Notes under the pieces: model-generated
Database searches by the model: none
Seen by the model: only the letters and a program-made list of their open reading frames with translations
What the model was told of the DNA's origin: nothing
Program-made: the position numbers and the translations under genes
Shown here: positions 27,487 to 38,104 of the stretch, one piece after another
Numbering within the stretch: the stretch's first letter is position 1
How the letters are laid out: each line of letters opens with the position of its first letter
Assembly (NCBI GenBank): GCA_963850305.1
Contig: CAWKKR010000007.1
Span: forward strand, 672,001 to 736,000
Source of the DNA: an uncultured delta proteobacterium
GTDB taxonomy: Bacteria; Myxococcota_A; Polyangia; Polyangiales; Polyangiaceae
Length of the DNA stretch: 64,000 bases
Reading direction: 5' to 3'

Positions 27487-27789
27487 TCAGTTCGTCCCGT
27501 GGTTGCTTTTCGCGCCTTTGCGGACGAGCTTCATCAACTCCTCGTCCGTTTTTGCACGGGTCTCGGCGCGCTCGACCTCGACCCGTTGCTTTTGTTTTGC
27601 CGCTGCGGATTTCCTGGCGTCCTTCGCACGTTGGTACGCCGCGCGTCGCTGCTCGCGGGCGGCTTCCTTCATCGCGAGAAACTTCGGGTCCTTCGCGCGC
27701 CGTTCCTTGGCGGCGAGATACGCTTCCCGGCGCAACCGTCGCGCGACCTCTTTCCGTGCAGCGACCTTGTCCTCGGGTTCCTTCGGCAT
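27487..27789 (-). CDS. Small basic helical hypothetical protein
   Basis: 100-aa K/R/E/A-rich ORF filling the gap between same-strand genes. Confidence 0.55.
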   Translation of the reverse strand: MPKEPEDKVAARKEVARRLRREAYLAAKERRAKDPKFLAMKEAAREQRRAAYQRAKDARKSAAAKQKQRVEVERAETRAKTDEELMKLVRKGAKSNHGTN

Positions 27790-27883
27790 GGCACGCGGAC
27801 GATACCTCATCCGCCCCCGCATGAGCGCCGTCCGCAAATCCGCACCAACAAAAAATCTTCCCTTCGATCTCGCCCGCCACCGC

Positions 27884-29260
27884 TCAGGGGGGGACGGCGC
27901 CGGAGTTCGAATCGAATCCGGCGCGCGACGTGATCGGCGTCAGATCTACGGCCTCGAACTCGGCGCTCGTGACGGACTGCACCTCGTCGAAGATCGCGTC
28001 GGACCAGCTCGAGCTGGGTTCGCCCTGGATGTAGAGGTTGCTGCCGCCATCGGCCAGGTAAACGCCGTAGGTCTTGAGCGCAGTGAGGATCGCCTTCGAC
28101 TGGACGCTGTAGTTCGACGGGATCTGGTAGGACGACTTGATGCGGAAGAGCTGGCCCATCGGCGGCAAATTCGTCGACCCCGTGCCGTTCGACGTCAGGT
28201 GCCTTGCCGGCCAGACGTAGCTCGTCCGGATGCTGCTCGAGTCGATCGTGAACCGGAGGGCGTGCAAGATCTTTCCGGACGACGCTTCGTCGGCCTTGAG
28301 GAGGAGCGGCGCGATCGGAAACCCCGCTGCATCGGCGGACGTCCACCCCGCGGGGCGAAGCGCGTTGGAGGTCAGATCGAAGGAGGCGGAGCCGTAGATG
28401 TCCCACGTGCCGCCGGTCCCGGTGTAGGCGTGGTACGCCTCCCACAAGCGGCAGGCGTCCTGATCGATGAGCAGGATGTGATGGTCGCCGTAGGCCTGTC
28501 CGACGACGTCCGGGAACACGCCGCCCTCGACCAACACCCCGCTCGGGATGGGCAGGACCGGCGATGGCGCGGCCGCGGTCGTGCACGGCGAGACGAAGGA
28601 ATGGGCGTTCCCCACGGCGCAATCGGACTCGGCGCGCGAGTCCCAGTTCAGATCCGCCGTGTCCTTCGTCGTGTACGCGACGTTGGCCCACGGGATCGAG
28701 GCGCCGTGCACGACGTTGTAGGGAATGCCGTAGTACGTGTCGGGTTTCGTCATGTCCTCGGATTGCCCGAGGTCGAGATGGATCTTCACGCTCCCGATCG
28801 TCGTCATGTACGCGGCGGAGTTTCCGTCGGGCGGCAAACCATCGATGGGCGTGTTGAAGATGTTGTTCGCGGGAAACATCGGACATCCGCCGATCATCGG
28901 GGACGTTCCCGTGGGCTCGCCGCCGCCCGCGCCGCCCGCTGAAGTCGAACCACCGGAGCCGCCCGCGCCGCCCGCCGAAGTCGAACCACCGGAGCCGCCC
29001 GCGCCGCCCGCCGAAGTCGAACCACCGGAGCCGTGACTCGCGCCTCCGCTTCCGCTTCCCCCGTTTCCGCTCGAAGCCCCGCCGCTCGAAGCCCCGCCGC
29101 TCGAAGCCCCGCCGCTCGAAGCCCCGCCGCTCGAAGCCCCGCCGCTCGAAGCCCCGCCGCTCGAAGCCCCGCCGTCGGTGCCGTGGTTCGAAGTGCCGCC
29201 GCCGCCGCAGGCGACTCCGAAAATTGCCGAAGCCAGGACGATCGAATCGATGTGTTTCAT
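27884..29260 (-). CDS. Lipoprotein with Gly/Ser repeat linker and conserved uncharacterised domain
   Basis: Lipobox FGVAC; FPANNIFNT, GDHHILLIDQDACRLWE, WTSADAAGFPI, HALRFT and LKTYGVYLADGG. Confidence 0.75.
   Translation of the reverse strand: MKHIDSIVLASAIFGVACGGGGTSNHGTDGGASSGGASSGGASSGGASSGGASSGGASSGGASSGNGGSGSGGASHGSGGSTSAGGAGGSGGSTSAGGAGGSGGSTSAGGAGGGEPTGTSPMIGGCPMFPANNIFNTPIDGLPPDGNSAAYMTTIGSVKIHLDLGQSEDMTKPDTYYGIPYNVVHGASIPWANVAYTTKDTADLNWDSRAESDCAVGNAHSFVSPCTTAAAPSPVLPIPSGVLVEGGVFPDVVGQAYGDHHILLIDQDACRLWEAYHAYTGTGGTWDIYGSASFDLTSNALRPAGWTSADAAGFPIAPLLLKADEASSGKILHALRFTIDSSSIRTSYVWPARHLTSNGTGSTNLPPMGQLFRIKSSYQIPSNYSVQSKAILTALKTYGVYLADGGSNLYIQGEPSSSWSDAIFDEVQSVTSAEFEAVDLTPITSRAGFDSNSGAVPP
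28923..29175. repeat. Coding tandem repeats (3 x 36 bp and 7 x 15 bp)
   Basis: TCGAAGCCCCGCCGC repeated from 29071 (encodes GGASS on the minus strand); 36-bp period at 28941, 28977 and 29013. Confidence 0.9.
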
Positions 29261-29544
29261 GGCCTTCCCCTCACGCTGAGCGCCGCTACCCGCCGCCCGT
29301 CGTGCTGGCGGGCCCTCGGACGAGCGCGCATTTCGTTCGCTTCTCCGCAGCGGCAAAACGGCGCGAGCATCGCACGGCGCTTCATTGCCAACAACGGGGC
29401 TCGCCGGACCAGACAACGCGTCGCGCAAGAGTTCATCCTGGTTGTCGGCGAGTGCACCGAGCAGTCAGTCGAATCTCGTGGCCGCGCACCCAGTTGCCGA
29501 TCGCCCGACCGTTCACCATGGTCCGTCGAAACAGGGGCATCACG

Positions 29545-30903
29545 ATGCAGGGACTCGCGCGACGGGGACTCGGTTCGATCTTTCTCCTGACGTCGGTTTG
29601 CGGCTGCGCGTCCAGCGGGAAGCGTCCGCGGCCCGACGAGGCCAACGACGGAGCGGCTCGAGACGGCCGCGCTTCATCGCCGCCGCTGGATGCCGGACCC
29701 TGGCGCGTCGCCGACGACGCCGGACGGAGCTCACCCGATGCCGCGCCGCCGCGGTCGAAGAAAACGCCCACGGGACCGAGCCATTCCGCCGACGCGGGTG
29801 ACCCAGCGCGACCCCCCGCCGAGGCCGGCGTGAAGGCGCCCGCCGTGGATTCGGGGCGGGAGCCGCGGAGCGACACGGACGCGATGACGGACGCCGCCGC
29901 GCCGCTCCACGTCGATGCCGCGGCCGACGCGTGCGTCGCACCGTCGCCCGCCGCAGACGCCGACACCGATGCCGGTATCGACGACGGAGGCGTTCGGGAC
30001 GCGACCGTCGTGAGCGACGCGCGCGCCGTCACGCACGCCGCCACCCCTCCGAGTTGCGTCTCGCTCGCCCGGAATTGCGGACATTCCAGGAATGCAGATT
30101 GCTGCGCGTCGTCCATCATCCCGGGGGGCACCTATGATCGCAGCGACGACGCGCACGCCCCGGCCACCGTGAGCGATTTTCGCCTCGATACGTACGAGGT
30201 CACCGTCGGACGCTTTCGACGATTCCACGACGCTTACTCGCAGGACATCATCCCGGCGGGCGCCGGAAGAAATCCGAACGACCCGGAGGACCCCGGCTGG
30301 GACGTTTCGTGGAACACGAATCTGCCTGCCGATCGCGACGCTCTCGTCGCCGACGTACAGTGGTGCAGCTCGAGTTTCGCGGCGTACACCGACGCGCCCG
30401 GCCCGAACGAGACGAAGCCCATCGCCTGCATCGATTGGTACGAAGCGTTCGCGTTCTGCGCATGGGACGGCGGGAGACTCCCGACCGAGGCGGAATGGAA
30501 CTACGCCGCCACGGGCGGGAGCGAGCAACGAACGTATCCGTGGGGTGAAACGCAGGTAGGCGCGGACACGACGCTCGCCATCTACGGCTGCTATTACGAC
30601 GGCACCGGGACGTGCACGAGCGAGCAGAACAGCGCCCCGGTGGGCTCGGCTCCGGCGGGTGACGGAAGATGGGGCCAAGCCGATCTCGGCGGCAGCGTGT
30701 GGGAGTGGGTTTTGGATTGGTACGCGCCGTACTCGGAGGCTTGCTCGAACTGCGCCGACCTCGAACCGACGAAGAACCGTGTCCTCCGCGGCGGCAGCTT
30801 CTACGATCCGCTCACGTATCTCGCCACGGCCTATCGCGCGAACATTTTCGATCCGACCGTGCAGGCGTTCGACGTGGGCGTCCGGTGCGCGCGGGATCCC
30901 TGA
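29545..30903 (+). CDS. FGE-sulfatase (SUMF1/EgtB/PvdO) domain lipoprotein
   Basis: Lipobox-like VCGC; YEVTVGRF, RLPTEAEWNYAA, DLGGSVWEW, RVLRGGSF and GVRCAR. Confidence 0.85.
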   Translation: MQGLARRGLGSIFLLTSVCGCASSGKRPRPDEANDGAARDGRASSPPLDAGPWRVADDAGRSSPDAAPPRSKKTPTGPSHSADAGDPARPPAEAGVKAPAVDSGREPRSDTDAMTDAAAPLHVDAAADACVAPSPAADADTDAGIDDGGVRDATVVSDARAVTHAATPPSCVSLARNCGHSRNADCCASSIIPGGTYDRSDDAHAPATVSDFRLDTYEVTVGRFRRFHDAYSQDIIPAGAGRNPNDPEDPGWDVSWNTNLPADRDALVADVQWCSSSFAAYTDAPGPNETKPIACIDWYEAFAFCAWDGGRLPTEAEWNYAATGGSEQRTYPWGETQVGADTTLAIYGCYYDGTGTCTSEQNSAPVGSAPAGDGRWGQADLGGSVWEWVLDWYAPYSEACSNCADLEPTKNRVLRGGSFYDPLTYLATAYRANIFDPTVQAFDVGVRCARDP

Positions 30904-31000
30904 AGGTGACGATCGCAGATGTGGTGGCGCGCTTCACGCCGCGCGTCGCCGCGCAACAGAGGTGGTCCGTTCATCGCGAGTAGATGATACCGTCGATGGC

Positions 31001-31681
31001 ATGAGCTTCACGGGGTTCGCCGACGCGGACGCGACGTTCTTTCGTTTGCTGGCAAAGAAGCAGAATCGCGACTGGTTTCGAACCCACAAGGTCGAGTTCG
31101 AAGAGGGCTGGCAAGGGCCGATGAAGGAGCTTCTCGCCGGAGTCCGCGCGGGCATCGACGGGGCTTACGAACATTGCGACCTGGAGGAACCGAAGCTTTT
31201 TCGCATCTTCCGCGACGTGCGCTTTTCGAAGGACAAGTCGCCGTACAAGACGCACCTCGCCGGGGTCATCGCGGTCGCGCAGAGGGGCAAGGTGACGGAG
31301 GTACCGATGGCCCTCTACTTCCACGTGGGACACCCCAAATCGTTCGGCGCGGCGGGCCACTACATGATGGACACGCATGCGCTTGCCGGATTCCGCAAGG
31401 CAGTCGCGGACGAGAAACGAGGCGCGGAGCTCGAAAAGACGATTGCGAAGCTCGTGAAGAAGGGCTTCTCGGTCGATTCGTACGGCACGTACAAGAAGGT
31501 GCCGAAGGGCTATGACCCCGAGCACCCTCGCGTCGAACACCTGAAGCGGAAGGGGCTCACCGTCGGGTTCCCCGAGCTCCCCAGGGGCATCCTGGCAACG
31601 CCCAAGCTGCTCCCCTGGTTGGTCGCGCAGGCGAAACTCTCGGCGCCGCTCGTCGAGTGGCTCGTGTTCGCCACGCGCTGA
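31001..31681 (+). CDS. DUF2461 (TIGR02453) family protein
   Basis: NRDWF, FRIFRDVRFSKDKSPYKT and KVPKGYDPEHP. Confidence 0.88.
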   Translation: MSFTGFADADATFFRLLAKKQNRDWFRTHKVEFEEGWQGPMKELLAGVRAGIDGAYEHCDLEEPKLFRIFRDVRFSKDKSPYKTHLAGVIAVAQRGKVTEVPMALYFHVGHPKSFGAAGHYMMDTHALAGFRKAVADEKRGAELEKTIAKLVKKGFSVDSYGTYKKVPKGYDPEHPRVEHLKRKGLTVGFPELPRGILATPKLLPWLVAQAKLSAPLVEWLVFATR

Positions 31682-31752
31682 CGACCGACGCATCACGAAA
31701 TCTCAAAAAAGCCAGCGAATCGGCGGGTCCCTGACGGTAGGCTCCAGCCCTC

Positions 31753-32229
31753 ATGCGTATCCGTACCGAGTGGTTCCTGCCGGTTGCGGCAATTCTGCTG
31801 CCGGGGTGTCTCAAGCCGATCCAGCCCGACGCGATCGGTCCGTCACCTGCCGCGCTGCCGGCGACATCAGCGGCGCCGGCTGCCGCTCCCGATGATTCGA
31901 TGTTGCCGCCCCTGAAGAAGGAGGACCTCGTCGTCGGCACGGGACCGGCGGTGAAAAAGGGTGACCGCGTGAGCGTTCACTATGTCGGGACGCTGCTCGA
32001 CGGGACAAAGTTCGACAGTTCCTGGGATCGCGGCACACCGCTCGAGTTCACGGTCGGCGACGGGTCCGTGATTCCCGGCTGGGAGCTCGGGATTCTCGGC
32101 ATGAAGAAGGGCGGAAAGCGGAAGCTGACGATCCCGCCGCACCTGGCCTACGGGGAGCAGGGGTCGCCGCCGAAGATCGGTCCGAATGCGACGCTGGTGT
32201 TCGTGATGGATTTAGTCGACATTCTTTGA
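31753..32229 (+). CDS. FKBP-type peptidyl-prolyl isomerase lipoprotein
   Basis: Lipobox LLPGC; VHYVGTLLDGTKFDSS, VIPGWELG and IPPHLAYG. Confidence 0.92.
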   Translation: MRIRTEWFLPVAAILLPGCLKPIQPDAIGPSPAALPATSAAPAAAPDDSMLPPLKKEDLVVGTGPAVKKGDRVSVHYVGTLLDGTKFDSSWDRGTPLEFTVGDGSVIPGWELGILGMKKGGKRKLTIPPHLAYGEQGSPPKIGPNATLVFVMDLVDIL

Positions 32230-32299
32230 CGAAGAGCCGCTTGCTTCGAGCGCGGGGCCATTGCTTGCTCGGGCCTGGGTCTTAGGTACACGCGGAAAA

Positions 32300-33709
32300 A
32301 TGCGCTTTGCTCACGCTTTGCAGCGGGTCGTGACGGGTTCCGCCTGGAGTCCGTTCGGTTCGGTGCGACTCCTTCTTCTGGCATGCGCGTTCTCCCTGAC
32401 GGTTCGAGCCGAAAGCGCGCCCCCACCTCCCCCGATGGCGCAGGTGCCGTCGGTGTCGGACCCGATGCTGGCGCCGCCACCCGTCGCGCCCCGGGAGGTG
32501 CGGTCGTGGGACGAGGCGCTCAATCTGATCCGGGCGCACTCTCCTGACTACGTCTACGGCTATGAGGGGGTGCTCCGCGCCGAGGCGAACTCGCGCCTCG
32601 CCCTCGCGGCCGTTTTGCCCACGCTCACCGGGCAGGCAAGCTACACGCACCAGTTCGTCACGGAGCACCTCGTGCTCGCCGGCGCAACCGTCGTCACGCC
32701 GCCGCCGGACGTCCTCGCGGCGAACGCGACGCTGGCGTGGTCGGTAGTGAATCCGCGCGCTCTCTACGCCTACGGCACGTCGCGGAAGGGTGAAGACGCT
32801 GCCCGGCTCACCTTCGAAGACCAGCGGCGCCAGATCGCGATCGCTGCAGTCAACGCCATGCTCGCGAGCCTCGCGGCGAACCGCGTGGCGGAGCTCAATC
32901 GCGTCGGGCTGCGAACCGCGCTCGAACGGCTGGAGCTCGCCAAGGCTCGGCTCAGATTCGGTCAAGGCACGCCGCTCGACGTGGACCGCGGGGATCAAGA
33001 CGTCGCCGCCGCCCGCGCTCTGCTCATCGCCGGGGACGAAGCGCTCCGTCGAGCCCGGGAGGAGTTCGGGCGCGCACTCGGTTCGCCAGTGCCCATGGGA
33101 GCGCCCGCGAATCTGGACTTCGAGCAGTTCGAGCAGGCCGTGGCGCACACGTGCCGCATGAACCACGACCTCGAGCAACGTCCCGATATCGCCGCGGCGA
33201 GAAAGCACCTGGAACTGGCGGAGCGGGCCGTGCACGACGCGGATCTGCAGCTCGCGCCGTCGTTGACCCTGGCTTCGCAAGCCGGCTACGCGACGGAGGT
33301 CTCCCTCGGTCCGAAACCGCTGTTTTCGGTCCAGGGCGTGCTGAACGTCCCATTCTACGATGGTGGAGCGCGATACGGCGCTCGTCGTGATGCCCTCGCT
33401 GCCGCGGAACAAGCGCGGCAAGCCCTCGTGACCGCGAGACTCGACGCGGTCATCGAATCCGCGCGCGCGGATCGATCCGTCGCGGTCTTCCGCGCGTCCC
33501 GCGACGTGGCGCTGACGGAGCGGGACCTCGCGAAGCGCGTCGATGAGCGTACGCGGAGTGGCTACGCGGGCGGTCTCGGGACGAGTCTCGATCTCGTGAC
33601 GTCCGCGCAGGCGCTCCGGCAAGCGGAGATCACCCTCGTGCTCCGTGAGTTCGACGTCGCGGAAGCGCGCGCCAATGCGGTTCTCGCCAACGCGGAGTGC
33701 GAGTTTTGA
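32300..33709 (+). CDS. TolC family outer-membrane efflux protein
   Basis: Two OEP-like halves (EQRPDIAAA, VPFYDGGARYG, GLGTSLDLV); first gene of an efflux operon. Start approximate. Confidence 0.85.
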   Translation: MRFAHALQRVVTGSAWSPFGSVRLLLLACAFSLTVRAESAPPPPPMAQVPSVSDPMLAPPPVAPREVRSWDEALNLIRAHSPDYVYGYEGVLRAEANSRLALAAVLPTLTGQASYTHQFVTEHLVLAGATVVTPPPDVLAANATLAWSVVNPRALYAYGTSRKGEDAARLTFEDQRRQIAIAAVNAMLASLAANRVAELNRVGLRTALERLELAKARLRFGQGTPLDVDRGDQDVAAARALLIAGDEALRRAREEFGRALGSPVPMGAPANLDFEQFEQAVAHTCRMNHDLEQRPDIAAARKHLELAERAVHDADLQLAPSLTLASQAGYATEVSLGPKPLFSVQGVLNVPFYDGGARYGARRDALAAAEQARQALVTARLDAVIESARADRSVAVFRASRDVALTERDLAKRVDERTRSGYAGGLGTSLDLVTSAQALRQAEITLVLREFDVAEARANAVLANAECEF

Positions 33710-34935
33710 AACCGACGACGAAGAGACTCGGGTTCGCGATCGTGTTCGGCGCGGAGGCCTTGCTCGCCTGCAGCGAGACGAAGAAGGCTGCCGGGCCGCC
33801 CCCGCCACCGCTCGTGTACGTCACGACAGTCGTCCGTCGCGACGTGCCTCTCTACACGGAAGCCGTCGCGACGCTAGATGGTTACGTCAATGCGGACATC
33901 CGTGCCCGCGTTCGCGGTTATCTCCGGACGCAGGACTACAAGGACGGGTCTTCGGTGAAGACGGGCGACAAGCTTTTCTCGATCGAGGAAGCCGAGTATC
34001 GTGCGGCACTCGCGGCGGCGGACGCGGCGGTCGCTCGAGCACGGGCCGCCCAGGCGCACGACCACGTTCAGGTCGAGCGCTACCAGGGTCTCGTGAAGAC
34101 CGGGGTCGTGTCGCGGCAGGACCTCGACAACGTGAGCACGGGCTTGGCGGACGCGGACGGTCAGGTCGCCGCGGCGGCCGCTGCTCGCGAGGAGGCCGCG
34201 CTCAACCTGTCTTACACGACGATCCGGTCGCCCATCGACGGTATTGCCGGGGTTGCGCTGGTGCGCGTCGGCAATCTCGTGGGGCAAGAAGGCCCGACTC
34301 TGCTGACGACGGTCTCGCAGGTCGACCCGATGCGGGTCTCGTTCCCGATGGCAGAAGCCGACTATCTGAAATACCCGTATCGAGAAAAGAGTCTCGACGC
34401 GCGCGACCTCGCGTGGGCAAAAAAGGAGTTTCCGATCCTCGACGCGACGGGAAAGACGGAGGATGGCGACCCCGGAGTCGAGCTCGTCCTCTCGGATGGA
34501 AGCACTTTCGCGCATCGTGGGGTGATCGTGTCGGTGAACCGCCAGGTCGACTCGAGCACCGGCACCATCCAGATCCAAGCGCTGGTGTCGAACCCCGACG
34601 GCGCGCTGCGACCCGGACAATACGGGCGTGTCCGCATCCGGAGGCGGGACGCGGGTCACGAGGTGCTGGTGGTCCCCGAGCGTTCGTTGGTCTCCGTCCA
34701 GGGGACGTACTCGGTGGGCGTCGTGGGACCGGACAACGAGGTCCACCTGAAGAAGGTGGACCTCGGTCCGAGCGTGCACGGACTTCAATTGATCGACGAT
34801 GGGGTCGCCGCCGGCGATCGGATCGTGGTGGAGGGCGTGCAGAAGATCAGCGACGGCATCGTCGTAGAGCCGAGGCCGATGCCCGAGAGTCCGCCCGCGT
34901 CTCCCGCTTCCTCCGCGAGCGCAGGGTCGCCGTGA
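33697..34935 (+). CDS. RND efflux periplasmic adaptor (MFP)
   Basis: ADIRARVRGYL, LNLSYTTIRSPIDG, VDSSTGT and LRPGQY. The true start may be TTG 33706, overlapping the TolC stop. Confidence 0.9.
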   Translation: MRVLKPTTKRLGFAIVFGAEALLACSETKKAAGPPPPPLVYVTTVVRRDVPLYTEAVATLDGYVNADIRARVRGYLRTQDYKDGSSVKTGDKLFSIEEAEYRAALAAADAAVARARAAQAHDHVQVERYQGLVKTGVVSRQDLDNVSTGLADADGQVAAAAAAREEAALNLSYTTIRSPIDGIAGVALVRVGNLVGQEGPTLLTTVSQVDPMRVSFPMAEADYLKYPYREKSLDARDLAWAKKEFPILDATGKTEDGDPGVELVLSDGSTFAHRGVIVSVNRQVDSSTGTIQIQALVSNPDGALRPGQYGRVRIRRRDAGHEVLVVPERSLVSVQGTYSVGVVGPDNEVHLKKVDLGPSVHGLQLIDDGVAAGDRIVVEGVQKISDGIVVEPRPMPESPPASPASSASAGSP

Positions 34936-34951
34936 GGCGCGGAGCTCGCTG

Positions 34952-37900
34952 ATGTCCGCGTTCTTCATCCGGCGTCCCATAGTGGCGATGGTCATCGCCA
35001 TCATCACGGTTCTCCTCGGGCTCGTGTCGCTCGTGGGTCTGCCCATCGCTCAGTTCCCACAGATCTTGCCCCCGCAGATCAACCTCACCACGACGTATAC
35101 GGGCGCCGATGCGCTCACCATCGAGCAGTCCGTCGCGACGCCGATCGAGCAGCAGATGAACGGCGTGGATCGGATGCTCTACATCCAGTCCACGAACGCG
35201 AACGACGGCACGATGAACCAGACCGTCACGTTCGACGTCGGCACGAACATCGACGTCGACAACGTGCTCGTCAATAACCGATTCTCGCAGGCCCAGCCAT
35301 TCTTGCCCGAGGACGTGAAGAACTTCGGCGTGACGATCAAGAAGTCGCTCGCCTTCCCGTTGATGGTCTTCTCCCTCTACTCGCCTGACGACCGCTACGA
35401 CCCCACGTTTCTCGCCAATTACTCGCTTATCAACATCAATGACGCCCTCTTGCGCGTGAAGGGCGTCGGGGACGTCCGCAATCTCGGCGCGTCGGATTAT
35501 TCGATGCGGATCTGGCTGAACCCGGACACCCTCGCGCGCCTCGGGCTCACCGTGGGCGACGTACAGAACGCCATTCGTCAGCAGAATGTGGTGAATCCCG
35601 CGGGCCAGGTCGGGGCGGAACCCGCGCCGCCCGGTCAGGAACTGACGTACACCGTTCGTGCCCAGGGGCGGCTCGTCGAGCCAGAGCAGTTCGGCGCGGT
35701 CATCGTTCGCCAGAATGCGGATGGCTCCAGCGTGCACCTGAGAGACGTCGCGCGGATCGAGCTCGGCGCGCTGAACTACCAGCAATACGGCACGTTCAAC
35801 GGGAAGCCGGCGGCGGTCATCGCCGCCTTCCAGACTCCTGGGTCCAACGCCCTCGAGGTTGCGGATAATCTGCGAAAGACGATGGCCGACCTGGCGAAGC
35901 GATTCCCACCGGGCGTCGAATCCCGGGTCTCGCTCGATACGACCGCGCCGGTGAAGGCAGGCATGCGCGAGATCATCCAGACGCTGCTCGAAGCAGTGGC
36001 CCTCGTGGTGCTGGTGGTGTTCGTCTTTCTCCAGAGCGCTCGCGCGACGCTGATCCCTCTCCTGACCGTTCCGGTCTCGCTCGTGGGCACCTTCGCTTTG
36101 TTTCCGCTCCTCGGGTTTTCGGTCAACACGCTGTCGCTGTTCGGGCTGGTGCTCGCCATCGGACTCGTCGTCGACGACGCGATCATCGTGGTGGAGGCGG
36201 TCGAGCACCACATCGAGCAGGGGATGTCAACGAAGGACGCGACGTACCGCGCCATGAAGGAGGTGACGGGCCCGGTCGTGGCCATCGCGCTGATTCTCAC
36301 CGCGGTGTTCGTCCCCGTTGCGTTCATGGCCGGGATCGCGGGTCGGCTCTATCAACAGTTTGCGCTGACGATCGCCATCTCGGTCGTCATCTCCGCGTTC
36401 AACGCGCTCACGTTGAGCCCGGCGCTGAGTGCCCTCCTGCTCCGGCCTCGACGGGAGCAGACCGGGCTCCTCGGACGGCTCGGACGCGGATTCAATCGCG
36501 GGTTCACGCGGGCGACGGATGGATACATTTCCCTCAATCGCAGGCTCATCCGGAAGATTGCGATTCCGCTCGTTCTGCTCGCGGGCATCACGGCCATCTC
36601 CGCGGTCATAGGGCGCAAGATCCCGTCAGGGTTCGTTCCGGACGAAGATCAAGGGTACGCGGTGATCGGGGTTCAGCTGCCGGACGGTGCGTCCCTGCAG
36701 CGCACGCGCGCCGTTTACGACAAGATCAACGCAATCATCGACAAGCAGCCCGGCATCAGGACGTACAACGGGGTCGCAGGCTTCAGCTTTTTCACGCGCA
36801 CGGCTGCCAGCTACACGGGCACCGGCTTCATCGGCTTGAAGCCCTGGGACGAGAGGGACACGCCCGAGCTCGAGTCGAGCGCCATCCTGCGAAAGCTGAA
36901 CGCGGCGTTTGCCGGGATTCCGGAGGGGCGCGTCTTCGCGGTGGCGCCACCGGCCATTCCCGGGATCAGCTCCGCGGGCGGCTTCAGTCTCATGCTCCAG
37001 GATCGCAGCGGCGGCTCCTACGATTTCCTCGCCAAGAACGTTCGGTTGTTTCTCGCCGCGGCGAAGAAGCGTCCCGAGCTCTCCGGACTCCGGCCCATCT
37101 TTTCGCCGTCGGTGCCGCAGCTCTTTGCGGACGTGGACAAGGAGAAGGCGATGAAGGAGGGGGTGACCGTCAGCGAGATATACAACGCGCTCCAGACCTT
37201 CCTCGGCGGCGCGTACATCAACGATTTTTCGCGCTTCGGGCGGCAGTGGCGCGTTTTCCTGCAAGCCGAGCCGCGCTTCCGCACGAGCGCGGACGACATC
37301 GGGCACTTTTACGTGCGCAGCCTGAAGGGCGACATGGTGCCCCTTTCGTCGTTCGTGCACATTCGCGCCACGACGGGGCCGGAGTACACGGTTCGGTTCA
37401 ATCTTTATCGCGCCGTCGAGGTCCAGGGGATGCCCGCCGAAGGGTACAGCTCCGGTCAGGCGATCGCGGCGCTGGAGCAGGTCGCGGCGGAGGTGCTTCC
37501 GCCGGAGATGGGGTACTCGTGGAACGCGCTTTCGTATCAAGAGCGGGTTTCGTCGGGGAGTTCGACGCGCGTGCTCGGGTTGTCGCTCATCTTCGTTTTC
37601 CTGATCCTCGCGGCGCTCTACGAAAGCTGGTCGCTGCCGTTCAGCGTGCTCTTGAGCACGCCGGTCGCGGTCATGGGCGCCTTCATCGGGCTCGTGTCGC
37701 GGCACTTCGCCAACAACGTGTACGCGCAGATCGGGCTGGTGATGCTCGTCGGCTTGACGGCGAAGAATGCGATTCTGATCGTGGAGTTCGCCAAGGCCGA
37801 GCTCGAGCGGGGACGTTCGATCGTCGATGCGGCGCTCGAGGGGGCCCGCCTCCGTCTCCGTCCGATCCTGATGACGTCGTTCGCGTTCATCTTCGGGTGC

Positions 37901-38104
37901 CTGCCGCTGTGCGTGGCGTCGGGCGCCGGCGCGGGGGCCCGGCGGATGCTCGGCACGGCCGTAGTCTCGGGCATGCTCGCGGCAACGCTTCTCGGGACGC
38001 TGCTCATTCCCGCCCTGTTCGTCTTCGTCGAGCGCCTGACTTCGCGAAAGGCGAAGGGCGGGCACGACGGCGACCGGACCGGAAGCGTCACCTCGTCTTC
38101 ATGA
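34952..38104 (+). CDS. HAE1-family RND efflux permease
   Basis: FFIRRPI, LPIAQFPQI, GLVVDDAIIVVE, AKNAILIVEF and RLRPILMTSFAF. Confidence 0.95.
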   Translation: MSAFFIRRPIVAMVIAIITVLLGLVSLVGLPIAQFPQILPPQINLTTTYTGADALTIEQSVATPIEQQMNGVDRMLYIQSTNANDGTMNQTVTFDVGTNIDVDNVLVNNRFSQAQPFLPEDVKNFGVTIKKSLAFPLMVFSLYSPDDRYDPTFLANYSLININDALLRVKGVGDVRNLGASDYSMRIWLNPDTLARLGLTVGDVQNAIRQQNVVNPAGQVGAEPAPPGQELTYTVRAQGRLVEPEQFGAVIVRQNADGSSVHLRDVARIELGALNYQQYGTFNGKPAAVIAAFQTPGSNALEVADNLRKTMADLAKRFPPGVESRVSLDTTAPVKAGMREIIQTLLEAVALVVLVVFVFLQSARATLIPLLTVPVSLVGTFALFPLLGFSVNTLSLFGLVLAIGLVVDDAIIVVEAVEHHIEQGMSTKDATYRAMKEVTGPVVAIALILTAVFVPVAFMAGIAGRLYQQFALTIAISVVISAFNALTLSPALSALLLRPRREQTGLLGRLGRGFNRGFTRATDGYISLNRRLIRKIAIPLVLLAGITAISAVIGRKIPSGFVPDEDQGYAVIGVQLPDGASLQRTRAVYDKINAIIDKQPGIRTYNGVAGFSFFTRTAASYTGTGFIGLKPWDERDTPELESSAILRKLNAAFAGIPEGRVFAVAPPAIPGISSAGGFSLMLQDRSGGSYDFLAKNVRLFLAAAKKRPELSGLRPIFSPSVPQLFADVDKEKAMKEGVTVSEIYNALQTFLGGAYINDFSRFGRQWRVFLQAEPRFRTSADDIGHFYVRSLKGDMVPLSSFVHIRATTGPEYTVRFNLYRAVEVQGMPAEGYSSGQAIAALEQVAAEVLPPEMGYSWNALSYQERVSSGSSTRVLGLSLIFVFLILAALYESWSLPFSVLLSTPVAVMGAFIGLVSRHFANNVYAQIGLVMLVGLTAKNAILIVEFAKAELERGRSIVDAALEGARLRLRPILMTSFAFIFGCLPLCVASGAGAGARRMLGTAVVSGMLAATLLGTLLIPALFVFVERLTSRKAKGGHDGDRTGSVTSSS

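Noticed and set aside
29545..30903. FGE-sulfatase (CLec-fold) gene as a diversity-generating retroelement target
   Set aside because: No reverse transcriptase and no template-repeat copy of its 3' end seen in the window.
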